Of a DNA stretch of 64,000 bases, positions 52,263 to 64,000 are shown one piece after another. The DNA is from Podospora anserina (lineage: Eukaryota). Where the stretch lies: NCBI GenBank assembly GCA_017654855.1, contig CM030335.1, forward strand, positions 2,170,001 through 2,234,000, given 5' to 3'. A model generated the notes under the pieces. The model searched no databases. It had not been told where the DNA came from and saw nothing but the letters and a program-made list of their open reading frames with translations. How positions within the stretch are numbered: the stretch's first letter is position 1; the number at the start of each line of letters is the position of its first letter. Made by a program: the position numbers and the translations under genes.

Positions 52263-53488
52263 ATGAGACTCATCATCAGAGACAACGGAGAGGCTGCCAG
52301 CCGATACGCCGCCAACTATATTGTCGAGAGAATCAACATCTTCCGCCCTGGCCCAACAAATCCCTTTGTACTAGGTCTTCCTACCGGATCCAGTCCTGAG
52401 ATCGTATACCGAATTCTTGTCGAGAAGCATCGTGCCGGCAAGGTCTCGTTTCAAAATGTTGTAACCTTCAACATGGTAAGCCGACCTTTCTCTCTATACC
52501 GGACCGCGTGGCTGATTACCACCACCTCCAGGACGAGTACATTGGACTCCCACGAGACCATCCCGAGAGCTACCGCTCGTTTATGCACAAACACTTCTTC
52601 TCGCACATCGATATCAATCCGGACAACATCAACATGCTTGATGGCAACGCCTCCGACCTAGAGGCCCATTGTTCCGACTACGAAGCCAAGATCAAGGCTC
52701 TGGGAGGAATCAACCTCTTCCTGGCGGGCATTGGTGAGGATGGCCACATCGCCTTCAACGAGCCCGGCTCGAGCTTGGCCTCTCGCACTCGAGTCAAGAC
52801 ACTTACCTACGACACCATCCTCGCCAACAGCCGCTTCTTTGGTAATGACGTGGGAAAGGTACCCAAGATGGCCTTGACTGTTGGAGTTCAGACTATTCTC
52901 GACTCCCGCGAAGTGGTTGCCCTCGTCATCGGTGCCCGCAAGGCCATTGCTCTCCAACACTGCATCGAGCAAGGGGTGAATCACATGTGGACCTTGTCTG
53001 CCTTGCAGTTGCATCCATATCCTCTGATTGTGTGCGACGAGGACGCCACACTGGAGCTGCAGGTAAAGACGGTCAAGTACTTCAAGAGTATTGAGCAGGT
53101 TGCTCGATCCAATGGCCTTGAGCAATGTCTACCTCTCAAAATCAGCACCAGTCATGTGCCCACGCTTCATGATACACCACCGTCCCCGGCGCAGACGCCT
53201 GTTCGGTTCAGGATGCGAGTCCCCACGAAAGCGGAATTATTTGGCGAGTCGGCGTACACGGTCGAGTCCGGTTGCCCTTCTCCCAGATTAGACTCCATGT
53301 CGGCTCGAATCAAGAAAGACGAACGATGCCCTTCACCGCGCTTTGATGCCATGTCCAGTCGGCTCAAGAGTGACAAGGCTGATCACTCCGACCATGATCG
53401 GGCGCCTGATTCCGACAGCCTATGGCGTTTTATTTTGCCGCTACAACTGCAAGACCACAAAGATGGCCACAGCGGCACAACAGACTAA
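52263..53488 (+). CDS. dam1: Glucosamine-6-phosphate deaminase (intron 52476-52531)
   Basis: [37 protein letters not shown] and [13 protein letters not shown]. Confidence 0.97.
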
Positions 53489-54190
53489 AACGAATAGTAA
53501 CTGGGTCAGTCACGGGGAGTTGGGCATCTGGGGTCGAAGTTGCAACCGCCGCAGCCGTGGGTTCTGGTTTCTGAGGTGACTTTTAAGTTTTGTCTACTGC
53601 CCTAAAAATGCACTTCACATAGCTCTTTTTCCGAGTATTGAGGCTCAAATGCATGAGTGTGGATGGAGGCCTGGTAGTCGGCGGGCCGCGCCGCATATCA
53701 TCGCTTTCTTTGGTGTGCCCCTGAAAGTGAAGATTCGGCCCCCACGACCCCCAACTTTGCACTCGGCCGCCTTGCTGTGGTCTGAGGGCACAATTGGCAG
53801 CCCACCTTAACGATTGGAAAGATGGCCGTCGTCGGAGAGCCATATCAAACATCAAGCATTGCCAGCTGATTTGCACTGTGGCTTGCCCACTGCCTCACCA
53901 GGCACCACCACAGCTGGCCTCAGTCTTGCCCATAGTCGGTAAGTATAAGCCATGGTCACATGCAGGCAACTTTTGTGGCCGTTTGTGGTGATTATGCGAA
54001 CAAAAGGGTATTGTGATGGGGCGTGGTCTAGGTGGTGGGTGGGTGTGGTGTGGTGGTCATGGACTTTTTGTACTCTAACTACCCAGCCGGCTCAATAACA
54101 CCTTTCTCAGCAGGTTTTCTCGATCTCTCATTTTGATGAAAAACCAAATGGTTTTTTTTGGGTGTTTTTGTTGGTTGTTTTTTTGGAACA

Positions 54191-55258
54191 ATGGAGCTCC
54201 TCTGTAATAAGACGCTCGTCACAGCTGCGTGTTTGAATGGTACGGCGGCGGCGGAGGCTGGTGGTGGTGGTGTTTTGCCAGAGTCGATGCTCCAGCTTCA
54301 TATTGTTGTTCCTGCGGTTACGGTGCTTGGGTTGATTGTTTTGGGGACGTTGATGGGGATGGTTTTGTTTTTTTGGAGGAGGAAGTACGCGCTGGCGGAG
54401 GAGGGGGGGGATAAGAAGGGGGGGAAGTGGTGGGTGGATAGTGAGAGTGGGAGTGAGAGGGGTGGTAGTGTGACGATGAAGACACAACAACAAGAGGAAC
54501 AGGGGAGAAGAGAGGTGGTGAAGCAGGGGGGGAGGACTGAGGATAAGGAGTTGCCGCCGCCGCCACTGAAGTTGGTACGCAGAGAACGAGAGACTACACC
54601 ACTGCAGGGGGAGATGGGGATGGGGATGGGAATGGGGATGCCGGAGGGTATATCTTCTGGTTTTGGAGTGGGAGGGGAATTGACGAACGCGCTGGTCTGG
54701 GCGAACTTTGGACCACCACCTCCTCCCAGCCCACCAGTACCACGAGTGCCGTCGGAAGTGGTATTATCACCACCACCACCACTACCTAGCCCAACTTCCC
54801 AGAGACCAAACAACATAAGGTCTCTAATCCCCCCTCCGCGACCGTACAGAGCTCCCAATCGGAACACCTACCCCAACCAAGCGCTCCAACCACCCCCTCA
54901 GCATGGTTACGCCCAGCTACGGAGCTTGACACAATCAGCCTCGCAGCCAGAGATGAGGCAGCAACCGCACCATAGCGTTCAAGCAAGTCTGTCGAAAGAG
55001 CGGTGCTTGACGCAGTCAACATCTCAGCCGGAGATGCGCCAGAGGGAAAGGGAGAAGAATACGGTGCTAGTGACGAGGTTGGAATACAACCACCCAGATG
55101 AACAGAGGGCAGCAGCGTCCAAGTGGGAGAGGCCTGGGCTGGGGCTGGGGCTGGGGTTGGGGATACCAAGGCAGAGTTTTGACGGGGAGAAGGGGAAGGA
55201 AAGGGAGAGGTTGTTGGTGAGGAGTAGTAGGAGGTTTTCGGTTTCGCAGAACTTTTAA
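54191..55258 (+). CDS. Hypothetical single-pass membrane protein with Pro-rich cytoplasmic tail
   Basis: Long open frame with one hydrophobic segment (IVVPAVTVLGLIVLGTLMGMVLFFW) followed by RRK. No recognisable domain. Confidence 0.55.
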   Translation: MELLCNKTLVTAACLNGTAAAEAGGGGVLPESMLQLHIVVPAVTVLGLIVLGTLMGMVLFFWRRKYALAEEGGDKKGGKWWVDSESGSERGGSVTMKTQQQEEQGRREVVKQGGRTEDKELPPPPLKLVRRERETTPLQGEMGMGMGMGMPEGISSGFGVGGELTNALVWANFGPPPPPSPPVPRVPSEVVLSPPPPLPSPTSQRPNNIRSLIPPPRPYRAPNRNTYPNQALQPPPQHGYAQLRSLTQSASQPEMRQQPHHSVQASLSKERCLTQSTSQPEMRQREREKNTVLVTRLEYNHPDEQRAAASKWERPGLGLGLGLGIPRQSFDGEKGKERERLLVRSSRRFSVSQNF

Positions 55259-56010
55259 TTCTTCAGGTACCTTAATGTCATGGTTAGGTAGTGAGGAGTG
55301 AATAGGAAGGGATCTTTAGGTTTGTATTACTATCTTGGAAGCATCTCTTGGTGAGAGGATGGTGAGCCAAACTATTCCATGTATCATTGCTTGAATGCGT
55401 GATAAAGCGCATCGACTTGAACGGATGACAGTGGCAATCCCCACCAAAAAACTGGCCGAAATGCCATTGACGCCAATGCTTGATGCAGGAACAACACCTC
55501 AGCGTTCGGATGGTTTGTCTGGGGGAAATGTGAGCTGGTTTCAGGGGTCATCCCATGTGTTATCTCCGTCCATCCCATCTCCGTATCCCATCTCTCCATC
55601 CCGTCTCTGAGGACTGGCTCTCACTCCCATCTCTCAGCCCCATCTCTCCAACGCCCATTCTCCTCGGCCTATTCACTCTTCACCTAGACAGAGCCCTCAC
55701 AAAATCATCACAAATCACATCACCATCAGTGCACACGCAAAAAGCTCTCTCTAAAGATCATGAGTTTTCATTCCAATCCATCGATCCTTTTCCATAACTA
55801 AACACAGCGAGCACCCCCCATCCATCATTCCACAGGATAGGTATTGTCCCTCGCGCAAAAAGGCTACATAAACAACAAAAATATACGTATCCGAAAAGAA
55901 TAAAAAATATCTCCAAAATCAAGTACAAAAAAGTCTCAGCGGCGGGTGTTGTTATCCCCCCTCCTGTCCGAACAAAAAAAAAGAAAATTACCCCTTCATC
56001 ATCCACTCAG

Positions 56011-59000
56011 CTAATACCTCAACACAACCTTGCTCCCCTTACTCTCCCCCCTCCCATGCCCCGCCCTCCAACTCTCCTCCTCGCTCACAACCTCCCTCCT
56101 CTCCGGAATCGGCACCAAACTAACACTCGTCCTCCTCCTCTCCCTCCCAACCTTCATCTCCACAACCGGCTTCGCAACACAAACCTTGTGCAACCAGTCA
56201 ACCTCACACTTCTTCTCAACCACTGGCACAGCCGCCCACAACCCCTGCCCCTCAAACCTCTCAAAAGGATCCTCCCCCCTCTTCACAGCCCTAATCTGCC
56301 CCAAAATCTCCACTTTCCTCGCCTTCTTCTGAATCGTCTTCCTTCCCTTTTGCCTCCTAGCAGCGCTCTCAGCGTCTTCAACAGCGCCGTCAACAGTAGG
56401 GGTGTTAACACCCTTAGCCAACCCCCACATCTGCTGCGACGGGATCACAGCCACAGCAGCAGGGGGCGCCCAGAGGGTGGCAGCCGGCTTGGTAGGGACA
56501 ACAGCAGGGACCTTCGACCTGCTCGACTTGTGAGATTTGGAAACAGAAGGCTTGGAGCGGGAGTGAGTCCTAGCAGGGGTGGACACGGGGGTTTGCTCAG
56601 GGGTGGTTTGGCGAGAAATAACGAGGGATTCGCGGATGCGATGGCTCAACCGGCGCTGAATGTCCTGCACCGTCTCAAACGTTGTCGTCGCCATGGTGGG
56701 CTCCTCTGTTGGGATGGGGGGAGGTGGTGGGAAGGGGGCTGAGATGGAGGTGTTGCGGCGGCGGTATTCAGCCTGGGCAAACTGCTGGGCGAATAACCTC
56801 TCTTGCTCCAAAGCTTCAATCTGGGCTTGGATCGTGTCCCTTCTGCTGCGGGTAGATGAGGAGGCCGAACGCTCACGCTTGGCCTTGGAAGCCTGACGAC
56901 GGAGCTTCTTGGCGGCGTAGGAAGAGATAGCTGGGTGGACAGACTCAAGAGGGCAGGTGATGGCCAGAGAGCCAAAGAAGACGGGGTGAACGTTGGCTAC
57001 GTCGTAGGTATAACCAGTGGCAGCGGGGTGGAACCACTCGGAGCGAGTGATCAAACTCTTGGCCGCGAAGACGGGGTGGCGGACCGAGGAGTCAAACTTG
57101 GCAGGATAAGAAAGGGCGAGGGCCTCTTCAAGAGCGGCGTCCCACTCGGCGGCGGTGGCAGCGATGCGAGTAACCTTGGGGTAGCTAGCGGCAACAGCCT
57201 CGTTCAAAGCGGCGCGCCAATCGGCAAGGCTGAACTCAGGGCGGGTGGTCTTCTTGGGCTTGGCCTGTCCCTGAATCCAGTTGCGTTCAGTCTTGGTGAC
57301 AGCCTCGAGGGTCCAAAGAGAAGTCGACTTGAGCTGCTCAAGTGGCTTGCGCTCAACAGGACGAGGGCTACGGCTCATGGAACGAGCAGCGGGCTCCTCA
57401 GTGGTGGTGCGGTAGACGGTACGGCTGGGGTCGACGGTAAAGAGACCTTGAGGCGGAGAAGATCTGCAAACGACAGGCGGGCTCCACACACCAGTAACAA
57501 CCGACACTGGCCTGGACTGAATCCAGTTGCGCTCAGTCTTGACGACAGCCTCAACAGTCCAAAGAGAGGTCGAGGCAAGCTTGTCGAGGGGCTTGTGGTC
57601 AGCCGGGCGAGGGCTTCTGCTCATGTACTGAGCAGCAGGTTCCTCAGTGGTGGTCCGGAAGACAGTGCGGCTGGGGTCAACCACAAACAGACCTCCCCGC
57701 GAGGAAGATCTATCAGTGACAGGTGGGGTCCACAAGCCAGCAGAGACTGTCTTGTTCTGAATCCAGTTGCGCTCGGTCTTGCGAGCCTCGGTCTGAGCAG
57801 TCCAGAGGGAAGTCGATACCAAACTGTCGAGAGGCTTGCGCTCAGCCGGACGGGGGCTGCGGCTCATGTACTGAGCAGCAGGCTCCTCGGTGGTAGTGCG
57901 ATATACGGTGCGGTTCGAGTCAACGGCGAACAACCCACCCCGCGAAGAATCTTTATCCAATGTGACGGGTGGGCTCCACAGACCTGCAGAGACCTGCTTG
58001 ACAGCGGTCTCGGCCTGGGTGGATTTGATGGGGTGGCGAGGAAACTGGGGTTGTTTGGGTGCCGAGGCCGGGGCAGCCGGTACTTGCGACTCGGCGACGG
58101 GGGCGGGCGGAGCTGGGCGGGGGTTGGAAGGCAGGCCAATCCTGGCAACAGGCTTGGACACGGGCTTCTTCTGGACTTGGGGCTCGGGCTCATAGACGGC
58201 ATCGTTGAGGATCGTAAGGGCATCGCTCTCGAGGGTGGCAGAATCACGCTTGCGGCTAACAACAAGCTCGCTGGGCTCAGCAAGGCCAATGACAATGGAT
58301 TGCTCGCGGGAAGACTGGTCCTCATCATCGGACTCGAGCTCTTCAACATAGTCACCCAAAACAGAGTCCTCAGAGGGAACCAAGCTGCTTCTAGAGGGGA
58401 CGTTGTCAACCTTGAGTAGGCTGGCAATCTCCCAGAGGGTGGTCTCATCGAAGCCATCGTCGCTACCATCTTCATCAGAGTTCATGCCGTCAACGACGTC
58501 ATCGTCGTCATCGTAATCATCAAAGAACGAAGAAGAGTATTCGTTGAGCTCAGTCTGCTGGGAACGGACAGGTGCACCAGAGGCCATGGTACCAGGCATG
58601 GCCATCAAGACAGGAGGGCGAGCCTGGACGGAGGCCGTGTCGGACTTTTCTCCCCAGGGGAACTGGAAGATACCGAGAGTGCCCCTCTTGTTAGGCAAGG
58701 GCTCGGGGTTCTCGATGATATCAGGGAGAAGAGTGACGCGCTTGTTGCGACGAGGCGGGCGCTGTGTCACCGGACGAGGAGCCTTCTGGGGCTGAGGCGC
58801 CGCAACCTGTGAGACACGCTTGACTGGCTCAGCTGGGGGAGCAGCTGAGGCCCAGACGGGCTTCCAGAGTCCGGTGGTGGACCGGCTGGTGTTGGTGTAA
58901 GGCTTGCGCCAGAGGTGGGTGCTGTGAATCTGGAGGGGCTCCGGCTCCTTTCTGGCCATGGGGCGGACAGAAAGGCTGGGGAGGACAACCTCGGTCTTGG

Positions 59001-62000
59001 CAACCTTGATGGGAGCAGTCCACAAAAGACCAGCAGGGGCGGAAGACCTGCTTGGCGGGGTCCAGAGCCACTCGGCCTTGGGCTGCTCCGGAGAGGGCTC
59101 GGGAGTCTGCTCGAGGCACTTCGCCGGGAGCTCTGGGACAGGGGGAACCTCTTCCTCTTCCGGAAGATTGATGGAGGATGCGTCAGACTCCGGGGGAGTT
59201 GGGCTCGCAAGCTGAGCTCTGGTGAGCTGCAAGAAGTTGACGCTGCTCTCGCGGAGGAGACGGGCGTCCATGTACTCCATCTGCGCCTCAGTCAAGCGCT
59301 TCTGCCACTTGCTCATCTGAGCGCTGCCAGAGTTGCGGACCGAAGGTTGCTCCTCAATCTTGGACATGCTGCTGTGCTTGGACAGGCGAGCAATGCGGGA
59401 AGCCCTGCGGTCAGATCCGATGCTCACTCTGGTGTTGGCGGTCTCGGGGACAATGTTGGCAACGCTGGCGACAGAGTCATGCTTGACGGCGGGCGAGCTG
59501 GTCTGGACGCTCGAGAGAGAGTCACGACCGATGTCGTGCTTCATCTCCTTCCAGTGATCAACCTGCATGCCCATTTCCTTTTCCATCATTTCGAGCAGGG
59601 CCAAACGCTGAGAAGGCGTGTCAGCATTGACTTCAGGCTCCTCCAGCTTCTTGAGCTGGGCCTGAATCTGTTGCAGAGCGTGTTCTGGCGACTCCAGAGG
59701 GGAAGGCTCAGCGTGAACGATGACGGCCTTCTTGTTGGGGGTGCGAAGCGAAAGGGGAGTAGGGGGTGTCTTTCTGCATCCCTTCTTGCTCAAGCAGTCC
59801 TTGGAAAACGCAGGGCACTCGTCACCAACACGCCTGTGCCACTGGCTCTGAGGTGCAGGCTTGGGCGCAGAGACAGGCTCGGGGACTGGTTCAGGCTCAG
59901 GCTCCTCGGGGGCCGGAATGGTTACTTCATCGTCCACGAGCCAGGATTTCCGCATACCGAACTTGGAAAAGGTAGACGTGTCGAGCATGAAAGGCACGTC
60001 ATCGCTGTCGCGAGACTCGACAACCCTGGTCTCCTCCTTGGGCTCTTCAGCAACCTGCTTAGCAGGCATCCGAACAGCGGCAGGGAGACCCTGAGCCGGC
60101 ATGATGGCCATGGGCATGGCGTACTCGGGAGAATTCATGGAGCTCCAGTTTGTGGCTGTTCCTAAATCGTCCACAGTAGTCTCGGTCCAAGCTGAGGCTC
60201 GAATTGCAGGAATGACTGGCGAAGACTTGCGCTTGTCTTCTTGCTTGCCAGCCTCAAAGGCACTAATCCATGCCTTGCTTGTTTCGTCCGTGGCTTGGAC
60301 ATTTGACTCTTTCCGCGGAATCTCGTCCACTTCGAGGATGCTATCAGTCCGTACAGATGTCTTGGTGGTGCGGTTGGACACCGTCTGATTGTCGGCTTCA
60401 CTTGTAGAGGAAGTAGTATCCAGGTAGGACATGGGTATTCTGGGGAGCTCGGGCACTGAGGAGGATCTGCGTCTAACGGACTTTGACCTTGGTGGAGCGG
60501 GGAAGAGGAGAGTCATCTTCTCGTCAAAGGTCATGCTCTTGGTGTTGTTGGGTTGTGGCCTCGCAGGCAATCCCACGCTTCTGGGAGCAGGTGGGAGCGG
60601 GGGGAGCTGAGTAGGGCTGCCAGAAGTCGCATCCAAAATGGACTTCCTTCCCAAAAGAGAGCTGGCAGACTTGCTTCTGCGATGGCTGGGAGAAGCAATG
60701 TTATCCGGCTTGCGTGGGATAGGTCGCGGACGGTTGACGACTGAAGCAACCCTGGCCGGAGCCTTGGAAGTTGGGGCTGGCTTCGAGGGCAGAGTGTTCG
60801 CCCTGCTCATGATATTTCCAACAGCAACCGGGTCGTGATACTCGATGTTGTTGATGAACATGATGGTCTTGTGCTGCGACGAAGGACCCATCTCCTTGCC
60901 AACCTGGATGCCGCGAGCTCTTGGGTTGGTTGGGAGACCAATCGTGGGTCTTCTCTGGAGCGGCGTCTTGGCTGCTTCCTGAGGAGGGGTGTCGGGCGAG
61001 GGAGGCAGCTGTCGCGACGGGCGGATGCCAGGTCTTTGGATCGGCTGAGGGACGTTGGCTTGCAGCAACACTGTTACTGGACGAACGTCATTTTGGGATG
61101 CCCTCGCAGGTTGAGGGGCAGGAGTCAGCTTCTCAGGGGTCCAGGGCCGTTGCTCCTCTGGCTCTGGCTGGCGTGGTGATCTACGACGAGTCTCATCACT
61201 GGCAGGAGAAAGCTGGGTCGAGGTCGTGGAGGCAGAGCTGTCGGCTTGCAGACCTCCAGGGAAGGCACTCTGACGGGATGAAACTGAAGCCACCTCCTTT
61301 CTCTTCATGCTGGCAGCCCGCTTGACGCCCTCCTCGGGAGTCAAATGCATCGACTGCATGACGGACCGGTGCGGCACCGATAGGCTTCCCTCCTCAATCC
61401 TGGTCCGTCTCCTCTCCTTATCCGCCACGATCGCCGACTGAAGATCAATAACCGTGATCTTGTTTAATGGGTTACCGTCCTCGTTAGACTGGAGGACTGG
61501 CTTGCCAATCACTGGCCTTCCCCCTGTGGAAGATGTCCTCTTTCCAAAATCGCCCCACATGCCCCTCTTCTGAGAAGCCGATCTCTCCAACTGGCGGACA
61601 TATTCGGAGCTCACGGGTGGCGGCATCGCTGGTACTCCTTGGGTAGCGACGCTCATGGCGAAGGGGAACCCAGCACTGGTCTCATCCTTGGTATTTGGCA
61701 CCTCTCTAGGGTTGACGAAGCTCCTCGATGAGCGGATGTTGGCCTCCTTCAAATCCTCAAACCGGCTTGGGGGATATTCCGAGTCAGCGGTCGAAATATC
61801 ACGGCTGATGTTGATGCGTCTCGGTGAAGGGGCCTCGGGAAGCCCAGAGTCGGATTTCCTAGACGAGATCAAAGTCATGGCGCCAGCCGTAATGAAAACT
61901 AGAGGTTGTCAGTTGAAGGAACTAGCAGGGCAGTGTACAACTTACCGATCAGCACCAACAGTCCGCCGGCAGGGAGAGCTGTCCTAGCGGCAGATGGGAT

Positions 62001-62753
62001 GGTGGTGATGCCGAGCAGCATCACAATGCTGGCAGCTGTCCAGCAAATCAGACCTAGCAAAACTGAGGTGAGAGACCTGGAGTTTGTCTTCGCAGCACCG
62101 CCACTCGAGTAGGCCTTCTGGATCAGAAGAACAATGATGATAGCATCCAAAGCCAACACAGCAACGCCGACAGGGAGAGCCGAGGTCGTCGCGAGGCAAT
62201 AGTCGTCGGTCTGAGGTCGAGCGAAGCCGACAAACACGGCACCGGCGAGGAACCGGGCCAAAACGAGAATCTGGGGTAGCAACTGCACCACCGAAAGCTT
62301 GCCCCCCTTGTTAGAATTCAAAGCCCACAGCAAGAACTGTTCGATCGAGAACCTCGCCAACTGGTCGAAAATAGAAGCGAAAATAACACCGATTTGACAT
62401 GGCATCGATGAGCCTGTGGTATCGATGAGCGTCGTAACAAAATCGATGGCAGCCCATAGGGCCGAAGAAATAAGAAATAATACGAGGACCAGCCTCTGGC
62501 TGTCGCGGAATACCGCAGCACCATGGCCGTTGATGTAAAGAACGAGAGCCGCCGAGGCAGCATAGACCACGCTTCCGCTATACCAGTATGTTAGCTAACC
62601 TCCTTCACGATGTCCATCCTCATCCTCCGTCTTCTTCACCACCGCCCCCAACAGACAACACCTCGACTCGGGATAGGACACATAGAGTGGCGAGAGAACT
62701 GACAAGGTAAAGGCCCCAATGAGGGCCTGCGTGGTGGTACCGTTGTTCGCCAT
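56011..62753 (-). CDS. Very large (~2,190 aa) hypothetical protein with an N-terminal multi-TM domain and a long low-complexity region with tandem repeats (introns 62578-62703, 61899-61945)
   Basis: The 1955-aa ORF splices in frame to an upstream hydrophobic exon (about 6-7 predicted helices) and a short first exon MANNGTTTQALIGAFT. Confidence 0.8.
57271..57993 (-). repeat. Three ~80-codon intragenic tandem repeats
   Basis: The unit G(L/V)W(S/T)PPV...GLF.VD..RTV(Y/F)RTTTEEPAA..MSRSPRP...KPL..L.STSLWT.....KTERNWIQ occurs three times. Confidence 0.95.
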
Positions 62754-64000
62754 GATGGACGATGATTAGCAGTATAAACGAGACAGAACGAGTACAGAGA
62801 GAAACTCAAAAGGCCCAATCAATGGGGGGCAAAAGTATTAAGGTAAGAATAGAATAGAATGTTAGTTGAATGAGCGTCTCATAGTGATCGTTTCCCGCAC
62901 GTCACGGCGTTGATGTTGTGAATAGTGTCAATGACAGGCAGACATGTCAGGGCCCATGCCGTGTCGTGCCAAACAAACAGAAGGAGAGCAAAAGGCAAAG
63001 GAAAAGAGAAAAGAGAGGCGGTTCTCGAAGGGAGTCCCGGCCGGGGCTGCTGGTGCAACGCTTGACGGTCAACGCCCCCGGATCAGCTGGGTTCCTCACG
63101 GGGTGGGATGGCGGACATGGGACAGTGGAGAAGGGGTTGATGAGAGGAGGTAGCAGAGAGGCTGCCAAGGCAGAGCTTGTCGCGCTTGTTACAGAGCCCC
63201 CCTAATCGCCATCCAGTCAAGGCCCGCGGCGAAAAGTTCCGTCTGGACTTCGCTTGCAAAATCGTTTCCTCTGGTAAACGGGAGCTAAGCCCAGTCTCGC
63301 CATCTGTTGTTCATGCTGGCGCGAGGCATGGGCAGGCATTGGACGAGAGGCGAGGCTGACAAGGCCAATGCTCGGCGGTTGCATCGTAACCCCGTCCTTG
63401 GTGTTTCACTTGAAACCTGAGATGTCGCATCTCGCACAGACTCATTGCAGAAACTTCAGCATCTGGCAGTAGCGATAAAAAAAGAGTAAAAAGAGGGGAG
63501 ACCCTGTCGTCGTCGCTTCTTTTCTCCTGAGCTTGGGATGCCCAGTCTGTCGTCCCGAACGGGCTGTCCGTGTGCCCAAGCAGCTGGGAGGAGGATGCCA
63601 GTTGGATGGGCAGACGCTGTGACTCGTGACGAGGATAGCTAACTGTAAAAGGGCGGCGAAACAGCCATCAGGCGCTGGATGATGTGACGATGTGTGTGTC
63701 TGTCTATGAGCGTTGATAGGATAATTGCTTCGTCATCGCCCGCGGCCGAGTTGGTGGGAATGGAACACATTTGCAACGCGCCCTGGGGTTGGTCTTTGTT
63801 TGGAGTGATATGCTGTGTATCTCCAGAATCCATCCGAAGGCCTACTCAAAGGCTCATGTATAAGACTGAGGTGAGCCTTCTGGTGCACGATGTTGGACGC
63901 GTCTAAGCAGCGGGACCACCCCTCCCGGTCGTTAACAGAGAGCTTATCGAAGCAGTGCACGGACCTTCTGCTGCTTGCACTGATAAGGAAGCTGTGGATA

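Noticed and set aside
56935-60165. Long + strand ORFs (494 aa and 416 aa)
   Set aside because: Antisense shadows of the giant minus-strand CDS with biased codons; no independent motifs.
1-64000. tRNA, rRNA or transposon genes
   Set aside because: None recognised by eye. tRNAscan-SE, Infernal and RepeatMasker would be needed to exclude them.

Overview
Eukaryotic, intron-containing DNA from a filamentous ascomycete. Gene style and the strong within-gene C-to-G polarity suggest Sordariales, Podospora-like; this is inference. The first ~29 kb hold conserved genes: C2H2 TF, GH5 exo-1,3-glucanase, BCKDH E1-beta, capping protein alpha, cytochrome b5, TFIIE-beta, DsbA-like protein, Yap1-like bZIP, BSD protein, Tsr2, Fmp52-like, riboflavin kinase and AcuK/Ert1. 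After a 5.5 kb gene-poor gap comes a fungal N-acetylglucosamine catabolic cluster (34.3-53.5 kb): MFS transporter, dac1, GH3-GNAT ngs1/nag3, Ndt80-like ron1, hxk3 and dam1. Four features of this cluster are unusual. (i) hxk3 has a CAA instead of CAG splice acceptor, and its 3' half is G-depleted with reversed strand polarity. (ii) A decayed kinase-like pseudogene sits between ngs1 and ron1. (iii) The GH3 domain lacks the canonical catalytic residues, consistent with a sensor. (iv) The transporter has three unusually long introns. The window ends with an orphan single-TM ORF and a ~2,190-aa multi-TM protein with three ~80-aa tandem repeats. Exon boundaries were read manually from GT/AG and branch-site motifs plus protein continuity. 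No database searches were run.
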